DNA of 64,000 bases from an uncultured archaeon (GCA_964632315.1 CAZWEM010000004.1:98758-162757), one strand, 5' to 3'. Positions 18,331 to 28,738 are shown, counted from the first letter of the stretch. Made by a program: numbers and translations. Notes: generated from the sequence alone by a model not told the origin.

Positions 18331-19071
18331 ATGACAGTAGATCAAAATATTCCAAAAAGAGTGGATCAATCCATCATTGTGTATCAATTTAATGATCAAA
18401 TCGGTGATTTCGAAGAATTAATTATCGATCCAGATGTGAATTTAACTGATTTATTAGATGACGATTTCATTCTATTATTCATCGATCCTAAACATTATCG
18501 GGTTTGGCTTTGGCATGGTTGGAATACAACAACCCGAATGAAGTTTATTGCTGCGAAAATGGCTCAACCAATTAGAGACAAGCATGGAATAGCATATAAG
18601 ATTACTGCTGTTGATCAAGATAATGAAACACGCCCTTTTAATGTAATGATTGGTAAGGAAGAAGAAATTGATTATGAAAAGGAACAAACTGGTCCAGCCT
18701 ATGAAGGGAGTGAGGAGGATTTAGAACTATTACAAAGCCTCTCGAGAGAAAAAATTTTGCTTATTCTTGAGAAAGCAGGGATTCCTGAAGGATATGAAAG
18801 GAAAATGGTCATCGTTAAGAATAAAATATTTGGTTATAAAGAATATGAGAAGAATTACAGGGGATCAGTAATCATGGAGCCACAACTATTCCCCTTGAAA
18901 GAAGAAGTTGAAGATGGAGCATATTTAGCGGAAGATTATGTACCTCGAATGCTTTTTTCATATAACAATGTTGTTCTCACGGAATTACTTCAAAAAATAG
19001 AAGGAAATCAAGAAAAGGAATCTAATACAGACGTTATTGAAAAGACATCATTAAAAGAAAACAATGCATGA
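18331..19071 (+). CDS. Asgard single-domain gelsolin-like protein with a C-terminal extension (eukaryotic signature protein)
   Basis: LDDDFILLFID..RVWLWHG..TTRMKFIAAKMA..I..VDQDNETRPF matches the gelsolin-domain pattern. Confidence 0.8.
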   Translation: MTVDQNIPKRVDQSIIVYQFNDQIGDFEELIIDPDVNLTDLLDDDFILLFIDPKHYRVWLWHGWNTTTRMKFIAAKMAQPIRDKHGIAYKITAVDQDNETRPFNVMIGKEEEIDYEKEQTGPAYEGSEEDLELLQSLSREKILLILEKAGIPEGYERKMVIVKNKIFGYKEYEKNYRGSVIMEPQLFPLKEEVEDGAYLAEDYVPRMLFSYNNVVLTELLQKIEGNQEKESNTDVIEKTSLKENNA

Positions 19072-19078
19072 CAGTATC

Positions 19079-19216
19079 ATGTCTAACAGAAGAAGATATG
19101 TTAAAAAAAAGAAGTTTAAAACGTCACATAAAGCTATTTTAATACTTCTTATATTCATAATTAGTGCTTTAGCAAGCATTTTTCTTTTTCTTGCTTCGGC
19201 TCCTTGGTTACATTAG
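19079..19216 (+). CDS. Small polybasic single-pass (tail-anchored-like) membrane protein, 45 aa
   Basis: Below the ORF-track cutoff. Manual translation: MSNRRRYVKKKKFKTSHKAILILLIFIISALASIFLFLASAPWLH. Starts 7 nt after the gelsolin stop. Confidence 0.65.
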   Translation: MSNRRRYVKKKKFKTSHKAILILLIFIISALASIFLFLASAPWLH

Positions 19217-19277
19217 ATAATCAAACATTTAATCAAAATGATTTTATTTAGTCTAAACTTAATTAAAGATCATTAGT

Positions 19278-19985
19278 ATGAAGCTTAAAAAAATAGATTA
19301 CGTCTTTATTGTGTTAATTTTTATTATTACATTGGTTTCAATCGATCTCTTGATTAATAAATCACATAGAGTTATAATTGAAGATATATCGAAGTTTCCA
19401 CCATTTCAAAATTTAATTTCGGGTCTATTAATCACTTTTTTTGTAACTTTAATCGGAAATTTATTGCCATTCCCCACACCATACACCTTTGTAGTATGTT
19501 ATAGTACTTTGCCTTTTTTAAGCCTAAACCTTTTCGTACCTCTATTAGTTGGTTTTATAGCAAGCTTGGGTTGTTTAATAGGTGAAATGGGAGGTTATCT
19601 TACTGGAAGAGCTGCTTCTACAATGATTTCGGAAAAAGGCTTAGTTAAACTTTCTCGTTACCAAAAGATCCTTATAGATCATCCTAAATTTGCGCCCTTT
19701 ATGGTATTTATCGCGGCCCTTACTCCTATAAATGATGATATGATTACAGTTCCGCTAGGAATTTTAAAATATTCGTTCAAGAAAACTGTTTTTTGGTGTT
19801 GGCTTGGTAAATTAGGTTTAATGTTAATTTTTGCATATAACACAATCAATATCTGTAGTTTATTGGGGGGAGGAAATTGGATATTGAGTATCCTAACAAT
19901 ATATGCTATTACTATTTTTGTATATCTAATGATAAAAATTGATTTAATTGAATTATATAATAAAATTTTTAAGAAAAAGAGATAG
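19278..19985 (+). CDS. DedA/VTT (SNARE-associated) family membrane protein
   Basis: GEMGGYLTGR, ALTPINDD..VPLG and GK motifs. Confidence 0.85.
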   Translation: MKLKKIDYVFIVLIFIITLVSIDLLINKSHRVIIEDISKFPPFQNLISGLLITFFVTLIGNLLPFPTPYTFVVCYSTLPFLSLNLFVPLLVGFIASLGCLIGEMGGYLTGRAASTMISEKGLVKLSRYQKILIDHPKFAPFMVFIAALTPINDDMITVPLGILKYSFKKTVFWCWLGKLGLMLIFAYNTINICSLLGGGNWILSILTIYAITIFVYLMIKIDLIELYNKIFKKKR

Positions 19986-19986
19986 A

Positions 19987-21513
19987 TTAATCTTTATTCT
20001 TAATCTCTATACCATCCGGTAAAGTTATGCTATCAGTCATTAATCCTTCAGCTTTCTTATAATCATCAAAAGTTCTACCTTTAACCATGTTCATGTAATC
20101 TTTTAGCCTTTGATCAATTTCTGGATCTAATTTGATGATTGGGGGTGAATTAAGAATTTCCTCTACTTTTTCTCGTGCCCTCGTGATGATATTTTTAGCT
20201 CCTTTTTTATACCAAGTAGATCTTCTTGCCCTATCTGCTAATTTTGGCATGTATAATTCAGATTTCATGTGATTCCGAGTATGAGCTTCTGCTAAATAAT
20301 TCACACCTTTTGTTTCGCTCGTAGATACTTTTTTAATCACATCTAATCCAATGGTATCTTCGTTGACAATTATCCCTTCCATCATTCTCTTAATCATTCC
20401 AATTAAATCATCATCTATCACGAGTAATTCTAATGACTCTACTAAAGTGGCTTCATAGGTACCCGCACAAGTGATATAATTAATCCCTGCTTGAGCAGCT
20501 AACATTAACGTTTGTAATCTTTCATAGCCATTTTGCAGGTCTAGCAATTTAGAATCGGTACCTGCCCCCGGTCCACGAGAGGGAATATTGTAATATCTAG
20601 CTAATTGTGCAATACCAGCAGTTATTAATCCCATTTCGATGGAACCCATAGCAGAATTACCAGTTCTCATATCTGTGATATGTGAAACAGTTCCAAAAAA
20701 GATAGGAGCACCTGGATTGAAAATTTGAGACACAACAACACTACCTATTATTTCAGCATTTGTTTGTGTCAATAAACCAGCTAAGGTTACTGGAGCTGAG
20801 GCACCTGCCAGAGCTTCAGGTGCGATGATGGTTGGTTGCTTGTATTTTGCAAATACCGAAAAACCATTAGTCATTATCTGAGGCAAATGAAGCGGTGAAG
20901 TAGGATTCATAAAACCAATTAATCTCGGTCTTTTTATGAGTTCTTCATCCCCACCCACTATGATAGATGCCATATTCATCATATCTTGGGAAGCTAACCT
21001 TCCCAAACAGCCAAGACCATAAGGCTTTTTAGTATTTTTTACCCATTGATAAATACATTCCGAATGAATAGTTATATATGAAATATCATTCGGCCAGACA
21101 TCAATATGGGAACAAACTAAATTTTCTAATCGATCAACGATGCGTATTTGTTGGATAGTATCATCAAGAACAGTCTTTCTTACTCCTTTTTTACTATTCT
21201 TATCATAAATCTTCACAGGAGTTCCAATTGTAGCGAATTGACTGGTTTCAGTATTCACCTCAAAAGAGAATGATCCATCTGGACCATATAGCTTAAAATT
21301 ACTTGGTACAGTTTTAAGCTTTTCCTTAATTAAAGATTCCGAAAATTTTACGAAATCAGTATTGTCATCAATTATTGCCCCGTTATCTTTCAGAAGTTGT
21401 TTAACTTCATTAGAATCTATTTTGATCCCTACTTCGGTAAGGAGGGATATGGTGGCTGAATGGATTGCTTCAACTTCATCTTTCGAAAAGACTGCTAATT
21501 TTTCTAATTTCAA
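19987..21513 (-). CDS. Trimethylamine methyltransferase (MttB) superfamily, non-pyrrolysine
   Basis: IHSATISLLTEVGI, SPL, APVTLAG, TDSK..D.QNGYE, AGINYI, LVIDDD; no in-frame TAG. Confidence 0.92.
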   Translation of the reverse strand: MKLEKLAVFSKDEVEAIHSATISLLTEVGIKIDSNEVKQLLKDNGAIIDDNTDFVKFSESLIKEKLKTVPSNFKLYGPDGSFSFEVNTETSQFATIGTPVKIYDKNSKKGVRKTVLDDTIQQIRIVDRLENLVCSHIDVWPNDISYITIHSECIYQWVKNTKKPYGLGCLGRLASQDMMNMASIIVGGDEELIKRPRLIGFMNPTSPLHLPQIMTNGFSVFAKYKQPTIIAPEALAGASAPVTLAGLLTQTNAEIIGSVVVSQIFNPGAPIFFGTVSHITDMRTGNSAMGSIEMGLITAGIAQLARYYNIPSRGPGAGTDSKLLDLQNGYERLQTLMLAAQAGINYITCAGTYEATLVESLELLVIDDDLIGMIKRMMEGIIVNEDTIGLDVIKKVSTSETKGVNYLAEAHTRNHMKSELYMPKLADRARRSTWYKKGAKNIITRAREKVEEILNSPPIIKLDPEIDQRLKDYMNMVKGRTFDDYKKAEGLMTDSITLPDGIEIKNKD

Positions 21514-21527
21514 TTAAACATCACTCC

Positions 21528-22175
21528 CTACTTATCAGCAAGAATTTTTTTTATTTTATCTACTGCTTCAATAGCATCATCAGCATGGGCATCTGCTCCG
21601 ATTTGATCGGCCCAATCCTCAGAAGTAGGAGCACCTCCGACAATGACTTTATATTTATCTCGTAAACCTCGCTTTTTCAGCTCTTCTATTACTTCTTTCT
21701 GAAAATCCATAGACATCGTTAAAAGCGATGATAAGCCAATGACATCAGCACCTACTTCCTCTGCCTTAGATATGAATTGATCAGCGGTTACTTCTACTCC
21801 TAAGTTATATACCTCAAATCCGTTTGAAAACAAGAATGATCCTACAAGATCCTTACCAATGCTATGCACATCACTTTCCACCGTCCCTATTACAACTTTG
21901 CCTTGTGATTCTTTCTTTTCTCCAGCTGCTCGAATAGCAGGGTCTAAAACATTGTCAATAGCACCTTTCACCGTTTCAGCGGATCCAATAAGTTCGGGGA
22001 GAAATATTTCCTCTTCTTCAAATTGATCACCAATAAATTTCATAATTTCTCCTATGATTTTAAGAAGCTCTGATGCTGTCGCTTCTTTATTAGTCAAAAT
22101 TGTCTTACAATACTCAATCAATCCTTCTGTGTCCCATTCTGAAACCAGATCTTTGATTTTTTCCTTAATATTCAA
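21528..22175 (-). CDS. Methyltransferase cognate corrinoid protein (MttC/MtbC-like)
   Basis: DVHSIGK (DxHxxG), SSLLT, VGGAP, F.PEL cap domain. Confidence 0.93.
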   Translation of the reverse strand: MNIKEKIKDLVSEWDTEGLIEYCKTILTNKEATASELLKIIGEIMKFIGDQFEEEEIFLPELIGSAETVKGAIDNVLDPAIRAAGEKKESQGKVVIGTVESDVHSIGKDLVGSFLFSNGFEVYNLGVEVTADQFISKAEEVGADVIGLSSLLTMSMDFQKEVIEELKKRGLRDKYKVIVGGAPTSEDWADQIGADAHADDAIEAVDKIKKILADK

Positions 22176-22223
22176 TTTTTTTCCCGCTCAAATATAATAG
22201 ATTTTTTGATTTAAGATAAGTTC

Positions 22224-22247
22224 TTTTCAAAAAAAACTTTTTGAAAA
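22224..22247. promoter_or_regulatory. Perfect 10-bp inverted repeat in the divergent methyltransferase promoter
   Basis: TTTTCAAAAA-AAAC-TTTTTGAAAA; low complexity. Confidence 0.35.
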
Positions 22248-22307
22248 ACCTTATTTTATTATCATAAATTATTAAGCTCAAAATCTTTATTCCTAGATTG
22301 AATTCTC

Positions 22308-23816
22308 ATGAAGATGAATAAAATTGAAGTATTAGAAAAAGATGAGATAGAATTAATTCATAATAAAACTTTAGAATTATTAGAAAAGCTTGGAGTGAAA
22401 GTGGAATCGGAAGAAGCACGTAAACTACTTAAGAATAGTGGAGCTATTGTCAATGAAAGAACTCAAAATGTGAAATTTCCAGCGGATTTAGTATTAGAGC
22501 AGTTAAAAAAGGTTCCAGATCATTTCACACTATGGGGCACTGATAAATCCTTTAATTTTGAAGTGAATACTAAAACGGTGAATTTTGCGACAGTCGGGAC
22601 ACCAGTAAAAATTTATGATCCAACAAAGAAGAAAGGAATAAGAAAGACAAAATTAGCAGATACTATCAACCAGATTAGAATTGTAGATTCATCAAAAAAC
22701 ATAATGTGTTCCCACGTGGATGTTTGGCCTAATGATGTTCCCTATTTAGAGTTACATTATCATGCTATTAAAGCTTGGGCTACTCATAGTAAAAAGCCTT
22801 ATGGTTTAGGTTGTTTAGGTCGCGTTGCAAGCCAAGATATGATGGATCTTACTTCAACCATCGTTGGAGGTCATGAAGAACTGGTGAGATTTCCGCGTTT
22901 AATTGGATTTTTCAATCCAGTAAGCCCTCTAATTTTAAACAAACTCCAGCTCAATGGATTATTTATCTTTGCGAAAAATAAGCAACCGACCATCATCGCT
23001 CCTGCGGCAAGTGCAGGTTCGACCGCTCCAGTCACGCTAGCAGGATTATTGATTCAATCTAATATGGAAACTTTGTCTTCAATAACTTTAACTCAATTAA
23101 TAAATCCTGGATGTCCCGTGTTCTATTCTACCATGAATGCTCCAATGGATCCCCCTACTGGGAATGTAGCTTGGGGTTCAATCGAGACAGGGTTAATAAC
23201 CATTGGAGCCGCACAAATGGGACGTTTTTATAATATTCCCTCAAGAGGACCAGGATTAGTTACTGAATCAAAATGTTTTGATATTCAAAATGGATTTGAG
23301 AGGCTAATGACTCTTTTTTGCTCTGCTAATGCAGGCATTAATTACATAACTTGTGCCGGCACCTATGAGTCTTCACTTGCTGAAGCGTTGGAATTATTGG
23401 TCATAGATGATGAGTTAATTGATATAGTGAAAAGAGGTTTTAATGGCATACGAGTCGATGACGAAAGTATCGCGGTTGATCAGATCTCCCGAGTTGCTAC
23501 TGAAGGAAAGAATTATCTCATGTTAAAACATACGGTAAAAAATACCCGAAAAGAGTTATTCGTACCAAAATTGGTAGATCGTGATAGAAGAGGAATCTGG
23601 CAAAGAAATGGGGCAAAAGACATCATCACGAGGGCACGAGAAAAAGTGGATGAAATTCTTAAAACGCAAAAGGGTCTTGGAATTTCGCAAGAAATAGAAG
23701 GAAAATTACAAGAGATTTATAAAAAGATTTCCTCTCGCACCTATGATGATTTTAGAAAGGCAGAAGGAATGGATGATGATTCTCAACCAAAAGAATTACC
23801 TCAATTGGAGGATTAA
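22308..23816 (+). CDS. Second MttB-superfamily methyltransferase, non-pyrrolysine (paralog of 19987-21513)
   Basis: Same motifs; shares PYGLGCLGR.ASQDMM and AGINYITCAGTYE with the paralog. Confidence 0.92.
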   Translation: MKMNKIEVLEKDEIELIHNKTLELLEKLGVKVESEEARKLLKNSGAIVNERTQNVKFPADLVLEQLKKVPDHFTLWGTDKSFNFEVNTKTVNFATVGTPVKIYDPTKKKGIRKTKLADTINQIRIVDSSKNIMCSHVDVWPNDVPYLELHYHAIKAWATHSKKPYGLGCLGRVASQDMMDLTSTIVGGHEELVRFPRLIGFFNPVSPLILNKLQLNGLFIFAKNKQPTIIAPAASAGSTAPVTLAGLLIQSNMETLSSITLTQLINPGCPVFYSTMNAPMDPPTGNVAWGSIETGLITIGAAQMGRFYNIPSRGPGLVTESKCFDIQNGFERLMTLFCSANAGINYITCAGTYESSLAEALELLVIDDELIDIVKRGFNGIRVDDESIAVDQISRVATEGKNYLMLKHTVKNTRKELFVPKLVDRDRRGIWQRNGAKDIITRAREKVDEILKTQKGLGISQEIEGKLQEIYKKISSRTYDDFRKAEGMDDDSQPKELPQLED

Positions 23817-23819
23817 ACC

Positions 23820-25103
23820 GTGGCTGAAGAAAAGAGAAAAAAAACAGCAGATCAAGTAAATAAAGAATTAAGGGATAGATGGGATAAATTACACTTTGAT
23901 ACTCAACAAGGAAGAGCTGGAGAAGATCCTTATCCCACAGCTACAGGAAGTTTAAGAATTCCTTTGTATGCGACTAAATCATATGCATACTCCACATTAG
24001 ATGAGTTATTAAAAAACCACTATAATTATTCTAGAACTGAAAACCCAACTTTATATGCTCTTGATCAAAAATTAGCTACCCTTCATGGAGGAGAAGCGGC
24101 GCTGTCAGTTGCATCTGGAATGTCAGCGGTCCATTTAGCGCTTTCAAGTATTATCCAAACTCGCGTTGAAAGAAAAAGGGAGAAAAAGATTAGAGAGTTA
24201 CTTCCGCAAAATGATCCAGAAAAGATTCCAAATGTTCTGATTCATAACAATCAATATACTGGAGTTTATCGGTTACTTACCAAAATATATCCTCAAACTG
24301 GAGTTATGGCTAAAATTATCGATATGAGAAATTTGGATGAGGTCAAAAATGCAATAGATATTAATACAAGAGGAATGTTTATTGAAACACCCTCAAATCC
24401 AAACTTAGATGTATTAGATATAAAATCATGTACTGATATAATTCATGAAGCGGGAGGAAAATGTATTGTAGATAACACATTCGCATCACCCGCTTTACAA
24501 AAACCATTAAATTTAGGAGTGGATTTGGTTGTAGAAAGCTTGACGAAATTTATTAATGGTCATGGAGATACTCTAGGAGGAGCCATTATCGGGCCTAAAA
24601 ATGAATTACAAAACATACGTTATTTTTGGTTAGAAACGTTTGGTCCTGTAATGCATCCCTTTAGTGCATGGTTGATTTTAAGGGGTTGCCGTACACTTAG
24701 CATGAGGATGGAACGCCATTGTTCAAATGCCAAAAAGATTGCGCAATTCTTAGAAAAGCATCCTAAAATAGAGAAAGTAATTTATCCCGGATTAAAATCA
24801 CATCCAAATCATGAAATCGCAAAAAAACAGATGAAAGATTTCGGGGGAATGATCGGATTCGAACTGAAAACCGTTGAAGCATGCTATAAATTCATAAACT
24901 CTTTAAAATTGATTAAAGTAGGAGTTTCATTGGGAGACACGACTTCTTTAATAGAATATACTTCCGTTATGACGGGGATTGATTTGGCTTCTTGGGAAAA
25001 GAGGAGGATGAGAATGTCAGACACGCATTTTCGTTTTTCTGTCGGTTTAGAGGATCCAGAGGACTTAATTAACGATTTAGCACACGCATTAGAAAAAATA
25101 TAA
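23820..25103 (+). CDS. PLP-dependent Cys/Met-metabolism lyase (methionine gamma-lyase / cystathionine gamma-synthase family)
   Basis: YSRTENPT, SGMSA, ETPSNP, DNTF, SLTKFINGHGD (PLP Lys), SLGD, RFSVGLE. Confidence 0.9.
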   Translation: MAEEKRKKTADQVNKELRDRWDKLHFDTQQGRAGEDPYPTATGSLRIPLYATKSYAYSTLDELLKNHYNYSRTENPTLYALDQKLATLHGGEAALSVASGMSAVHLALSSIIQTRVERKREKKIRELLPQNDPEKIPNVLIHNNQYTGVYRLLTKIYPQTGVMAKIIDMRNLDEVKNAIDINTRGMFIETPSNPNLDVLDIKSCTDIIHEAGGKCIVDNTFASPALQKPLNLGVDLVVESLTKFINGHGDTLGGAIIGPKNELQNIRYFWLETFGPVMHPFSAWLILRGCRTLSMRMERHCSNAKKIAQFLEKHPKIEKVIYPGLKSHPNHEIAKKQMKDFGGMIGFELKTVEACYKFINSLKLIKVGVSLGDTTSLIEYTSVMTGIDLASWEKRRMRMSDTHFRFSVGLEDPEDLINDLAHALEKI

Positions 25104-25120
25104 ATATAAAAAAAATTGAT

Positions 25121-26494
25121 TTAAGTTGTTTTTACTTTATCCATTTTTTCTTGATGGAGTTCACTGAGTTTAATCTTCATCCCTATGACTTTTTTCTTAG
25201 TGAATGGGAAGAAATATAGACAGATTAACGAAATTCCCAAAGCCATACCGGGAACTATTACAAAAAGGAAACGTAACCCAAAATCTACATCAACATTCGG
25301 ATTTGGAATATATTCTTCCCAGCCTGTTTGAATGAAGACTAAACTCACTACAGATATAGAAAGAACCATGGATAATCGCATGAAGAAGTTGGCGATACCA
25401 AAAAAGATGCCCTCTCGTCGAACTCCCGTTTTTAACTCGTCATCATCTATCACATCTGCAACAATGTACCATATAAAGTAAAGCATCCCTCCGAAACCGA
25501 TTCCCATAAAAATTACGATGATAATTCCTTCCATGTAAGAAGAAATGAATAACATTGGTATCGAAGCAATAAAATATAAAATTATGGAAATACCATATCC
25601 GATCCTACTACCAAGCTTGACATCTAAACCTTTCCATACATACATGAAGGCTATGCCCACAATGTATAGAAGTCCCATTAAAATGGAGGTTTCAAACGCA
25701 GTTGTAGTTCCTAATATTCTCCTTGAAAATAAAGGTACGATTGTAGCTAATAATAGAAGAATGAACTCATACAAAAAGAACATAATAATATAAAGAACAA
25801 AACCTAAGTTTTTAAACGCATATTTTATTCCTTGGAACAGTGAGAAATGTTGCTGGTAGTCAAGCGTGAATTCCTCTCGTTCTTTAGCTCCCCATTTTAA
25901 GAAAATTATCAGTGAAACCCCAACTATAATTGAAGTTACAATACCGTTCATTAAATACCCGTCTCGAGTGCTAGTATCTCCGATAAAAATTCCGGGTATG
26001 ATTGCCGCTAAGATCAATCCAACAGCGGCGAAAATCTGTCGTATTGTATTCACTTGCGTTCGCTCTTCAACAGAAGTGTAAAGTTCTGGGAAAAGAGAGT
26101 CCGTAGGAAGCGCAATGAGAGTATAAGCGGTATCATAAAGTAATAACATCATTAAAAGGTAAAAGAATTGGGACATTTGACCTGCTAAAGGAGGAAGCCA
26201 AATTAAGATTTCTAAAGCCAATACAGGAAGGAAACCAATCATAATGTATATTCGGCGACGACCATATCTGCTATGAGTCCTATCTGAGAGATACCCAATG
26301 AGAGGATCATTAAAGGCGTTCCAGATTGTCCAGATAATGTATGCGGTCCATATTAGATTCATTGCTAATCCCACAGCGGAAAAGTAGAATGTAAATACCC
26401 AGAGATTAAACGCAGAGTTGATGAACCATTCAACACCATTTCCAAGCGAGAAGCTTACTTTCTGACCTAAACTAAATCTTTGACTCATGATCAT
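25121..26494 (-). CDS. MFS glycoside-pentoside-hexuronide (MelB-like) transporter
   Basis: WNAFNDPLIGYLSDRT..YGRRR, ADVIDDDELKTGVRREG; ~12 TM helices. Confidence 0.9.
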   Translation of the reverse strand: MIMSQRFSLGQKVSFSLGNGVEWFINSAFNLWVFTFYFSAVGLAMNLIWTAYIIWTIWNAFNDPLIGYLSDRTHSRYGRRRIYIMIGFLPVLALEILIWLPPLAGQMSQFFYLLMMLLLYDTAYTLIALPTDSLFPELYTSVEERTQVNTIRQIFAAVGLILAAIIPGIFIGDTSTRDGYLMNGIVTSIIVGVSLIIFLKWGAKEREEFTLDYQQHFSLFQGIKYAFKNLGFVLYIIMFFLYEFILLLLATIVPLFSRRILGTTTAFETSILMGLLYIVGIAFMYVWKGLDVKLGSRIGYGISIILYFIASIPMLFISSYMEGIIIVIFMGIGFGGMLYFIWYIVADVIDDDELKTGVRREGIFFGIANFFMRLSMVLSISVVSLVFIQTGWEEYIPNPNVDVDFGLRFLFVIVPGMALGISLICLYFFPFTKKKVIGMKIKLSELHQEKMDKVKTT

Positions 26495-26593
26495 TCATGT
26501 AAAAAATATTTATAAAAGGAGATTAGGATGAACAAAATTTAACCTTAATGATTTTATGAGATTGCTAGAAAAACAAGTAATATTCAGACGGTA

Positions 26594-26806
26594 TCAAAGA
26601 TTAGAATATTTATCTATAATGTACTCCTGTAATGAAAATGCGTATTTTTGTAAATTTAAAATCAAGATTTTCTGCTGAATCTCCCTTAGATAACTGACAT
26701 CAAGCTTTTTGAATTGTTTTTCTAGTTTACCAATAGTATTGAAAATTGAAACGATTACTTGCCAATCAGAAGCCCATTCATCATCTTGTATAGAAATTTG
26801 CTTCAA
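26594..26806 (-). CDS. Small helical hypothetical protein
   Basis: 70-aa ORF with SD AGGAGG before the TTG start. Confidence 0.7.
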   Translation of the reverse strand: MKQISIQDDEWASDWQVIVSIFNTIGKLEKQFKKLDVSYLREIQQKILILNLQKYAFSLQEYIIDKYSNL

Positions 26807-26915
26807 AATTTTAAGTCCTCCTTAATGTTATTTAAAAGCGTTTTATACTAAGAAAGACATAACTGATTACATTAAAAAATGTTTACATGATTAAAATTTA
26901 GTGATTTTTAACTTC

Positions 26916-27440
26916 TTACTTATCTAATTTAATAACACTGATTTCTGAGAGATTTTGGGTTATTCTAAAGTGCTTTTTAAAAATATTGTTTGAATTATGG
27001 TTCACAAATATTCCTAATAATAAATCTATAAGAATGAAAGGCGTGGCTTTGGAAACATTATTTAGAAAATATTGAGTAAATTTTGCTTTTTTGAAGCTTT
27101 TTTCATCAACAGATCTGATTTTTAATAAAAATTTTCCGATTGTTTGACCTTGGTTAAAATATTCAAATAAGAAAAAGTAAAAAAAGCCAATAATAAAGAG
27201 GTATACATTCGTATAGATATAAAAATATCCAAAATTAATGTACAGCGAAAGTGGAATAACGATTAAAATGATTATCATCATATCAATGAACCAAGAAAAA
27301 GATCTTTGAGTAAAATCGGCAAGTATTAATCTTTTATTAACATCTTTAACCCGTAAAGATAGATCATATCCACAATGAATGCAAATTCGTGAATCAGATT
27401 CTAAATTCTTACCACATTTCGGACAAAAATTAATGTTCAT
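26916..27440 (-). CDS. RDD family membrane protein with an N-terminal zinc ribbon
   Basis: CPKCG..CIHCG; R..SWFID, GQTIGK. Confidence 0.85.
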   Translation of the reverse strand: MNINFCPKCGKNLESDSRICIHCGYDLSLRVKDVNKRLILADFTQRSFSWFIDMMIIILIVIPLSLYINFGYFYIYTNVYLFIIGFFYFFLFEYFNQGQTIGKFLLKIRSVDEKSFKKAKFTQYFLNNVSKATPFILIDLLLGIFVNHNSNNIFKKHFRITQNLSEISVIKLDK

Positions 27441-27475
27441 TGGGAAGAATGAGTTGTTTCTGAAATTTATAATTT

Positions 27476-28624
27476 TTATAAATAAAGTTGAAAATATTGT
27501 TCAATTATATTTTTTGTATCTAAAAAATCCGAAACATCAATGATACGGTTGAGATCTTGAATATCCATTAATTCAAGCCGATACCGTTCTTTAAAAGCAT
27601 TCAAAAAATTATCCATTAAATTCTCGATTATAGAATTTTTTCGACTCGTATTAATGACGAGGGCAAACCCAAGCTCGACGTCATATTTTACAACTACATC
27701 CGATCTTTGAGTTTGAATAACATCTATTTTATCCGTTTTATCTAAAAATTCACTTAAAATGTGATTTATTCCAATTAAAACGCTTCCCCAAATAGTTGAA
27801 TCAATATTCCTAGCTTTCTTTTTATCCATTTTATAAGAATATAACAGAATTCCTGATTTATGGAAAATGTTTATCCCAAATATTTGGTTTGGTAAAATAA
27901 AAAACATTTCGGGATTCCTAATAAGCATAAAATCTACAGCAAAACTAGCAATCCAATATAAAATAATAAATAATTCTCTAAAAATTGAATTTCCTATAAA
28001 AACGTATAAGAGATATATCATAATTGGGATGATCGAAATTAGAGTGTTTAGAAAAAGTGGATAACTTTCATCAATTTTACTAGAGGAAAATGCAATTGAT
28101 AATGATCTATAAAGTAAGTAAACACTGATAGATAATAATAAAAGAACCACTAATACTAGCGTAAAAGGGCTATATTCATAGTTTATCAATGAAATGTCAG
28201 AGATTATAAATTCAAGAGGAATAGAGCTTTTAGTATTAAAAAGGATTGAACTACCTCTGAATAGATCCCCTATTAATAATCCAAAAAGCATCGTAAAATA
28301 AATATTGGGGAGAACATGAAGTTTCCCATAATCTTTGAAAAAAGAATATATAAAGGTACTTATGATTAAAACAGTGATATAAGCAATTAGAGAGTGTTTC
28401 CAAAGGAGTATGTTAATTTCATATGAATAATAGAAGAAAACAGAAAAAACATAAAATGAAGAAAAAATTATTCCTCCAGTCAGTACCGAAATAGCATTGA
28501 GAAAGGCGATTATATTAGTTCCATATTCATTTCTATTTTTAAGTATGTGAATTACCGTATAAAGTGAACAGAAAAGTATAAAAAGATATCCTATAAGAAA
28601 TGAAAGAGAAGATACATTTATCAT
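27476..28624 (-). CDS. 7TM membrane protein fused to a C-terminal longin-like domain
   Basis: About seven TM helices, then IFHKSGILLYSY..GSVLIGINHILSEF..F..F.ERY..IDVSDF. Confidence 0.72.
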   Translation of the reverse strand: MINVSSLSFLIGYLFILFCSLYTVIHILKNRNEYGTNIIAFLNAISVLTGGIIFSSFYVFSVFFYYSYEINILLWKHSLIAYITVLIISTFIYSFFKDYGKLHVLPNIYFTMLFGLLIGDLFRGSSILFNTKSSIPLEFIISDISLINYEYSPFTLVLVVLLLLSISVYLLYRSLSIAFSSSKIDESYPLFLNTLISIIPIMIYLLYVFIGNSIFRELFIILYWIASFAVDFMLIRNPEMFFILPNQIFGINIFHKSGILLYSYKMDKKKARNIDSTIWGSVLIGINHILSEFLDKTDKIDVIQTQRSDVVVKYDVELGFALVINTSRKNSIIENLMDNFLNAFKERYRLELMDIQDLNRIIDVSDFLDTKNIIEQYFQLYL

Positions 28625-28738
28625 GTTGAATTTTAATTTTTTTTGAGCTGATTTCGTTCTATATCTTATTGTATAATGAAGATATGTTCCTAAATATTTA
28701 TTTATGATTATACTTGTAAGAACTTTTTCCTCCCATAA

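Noticed and set aside
19987-23816. Pyrrolysine-containing trimethylamine methyltransferases
   Set aside because: Both ORFs are full length with no in-frame TAG, and there are no pyl genes in the window.
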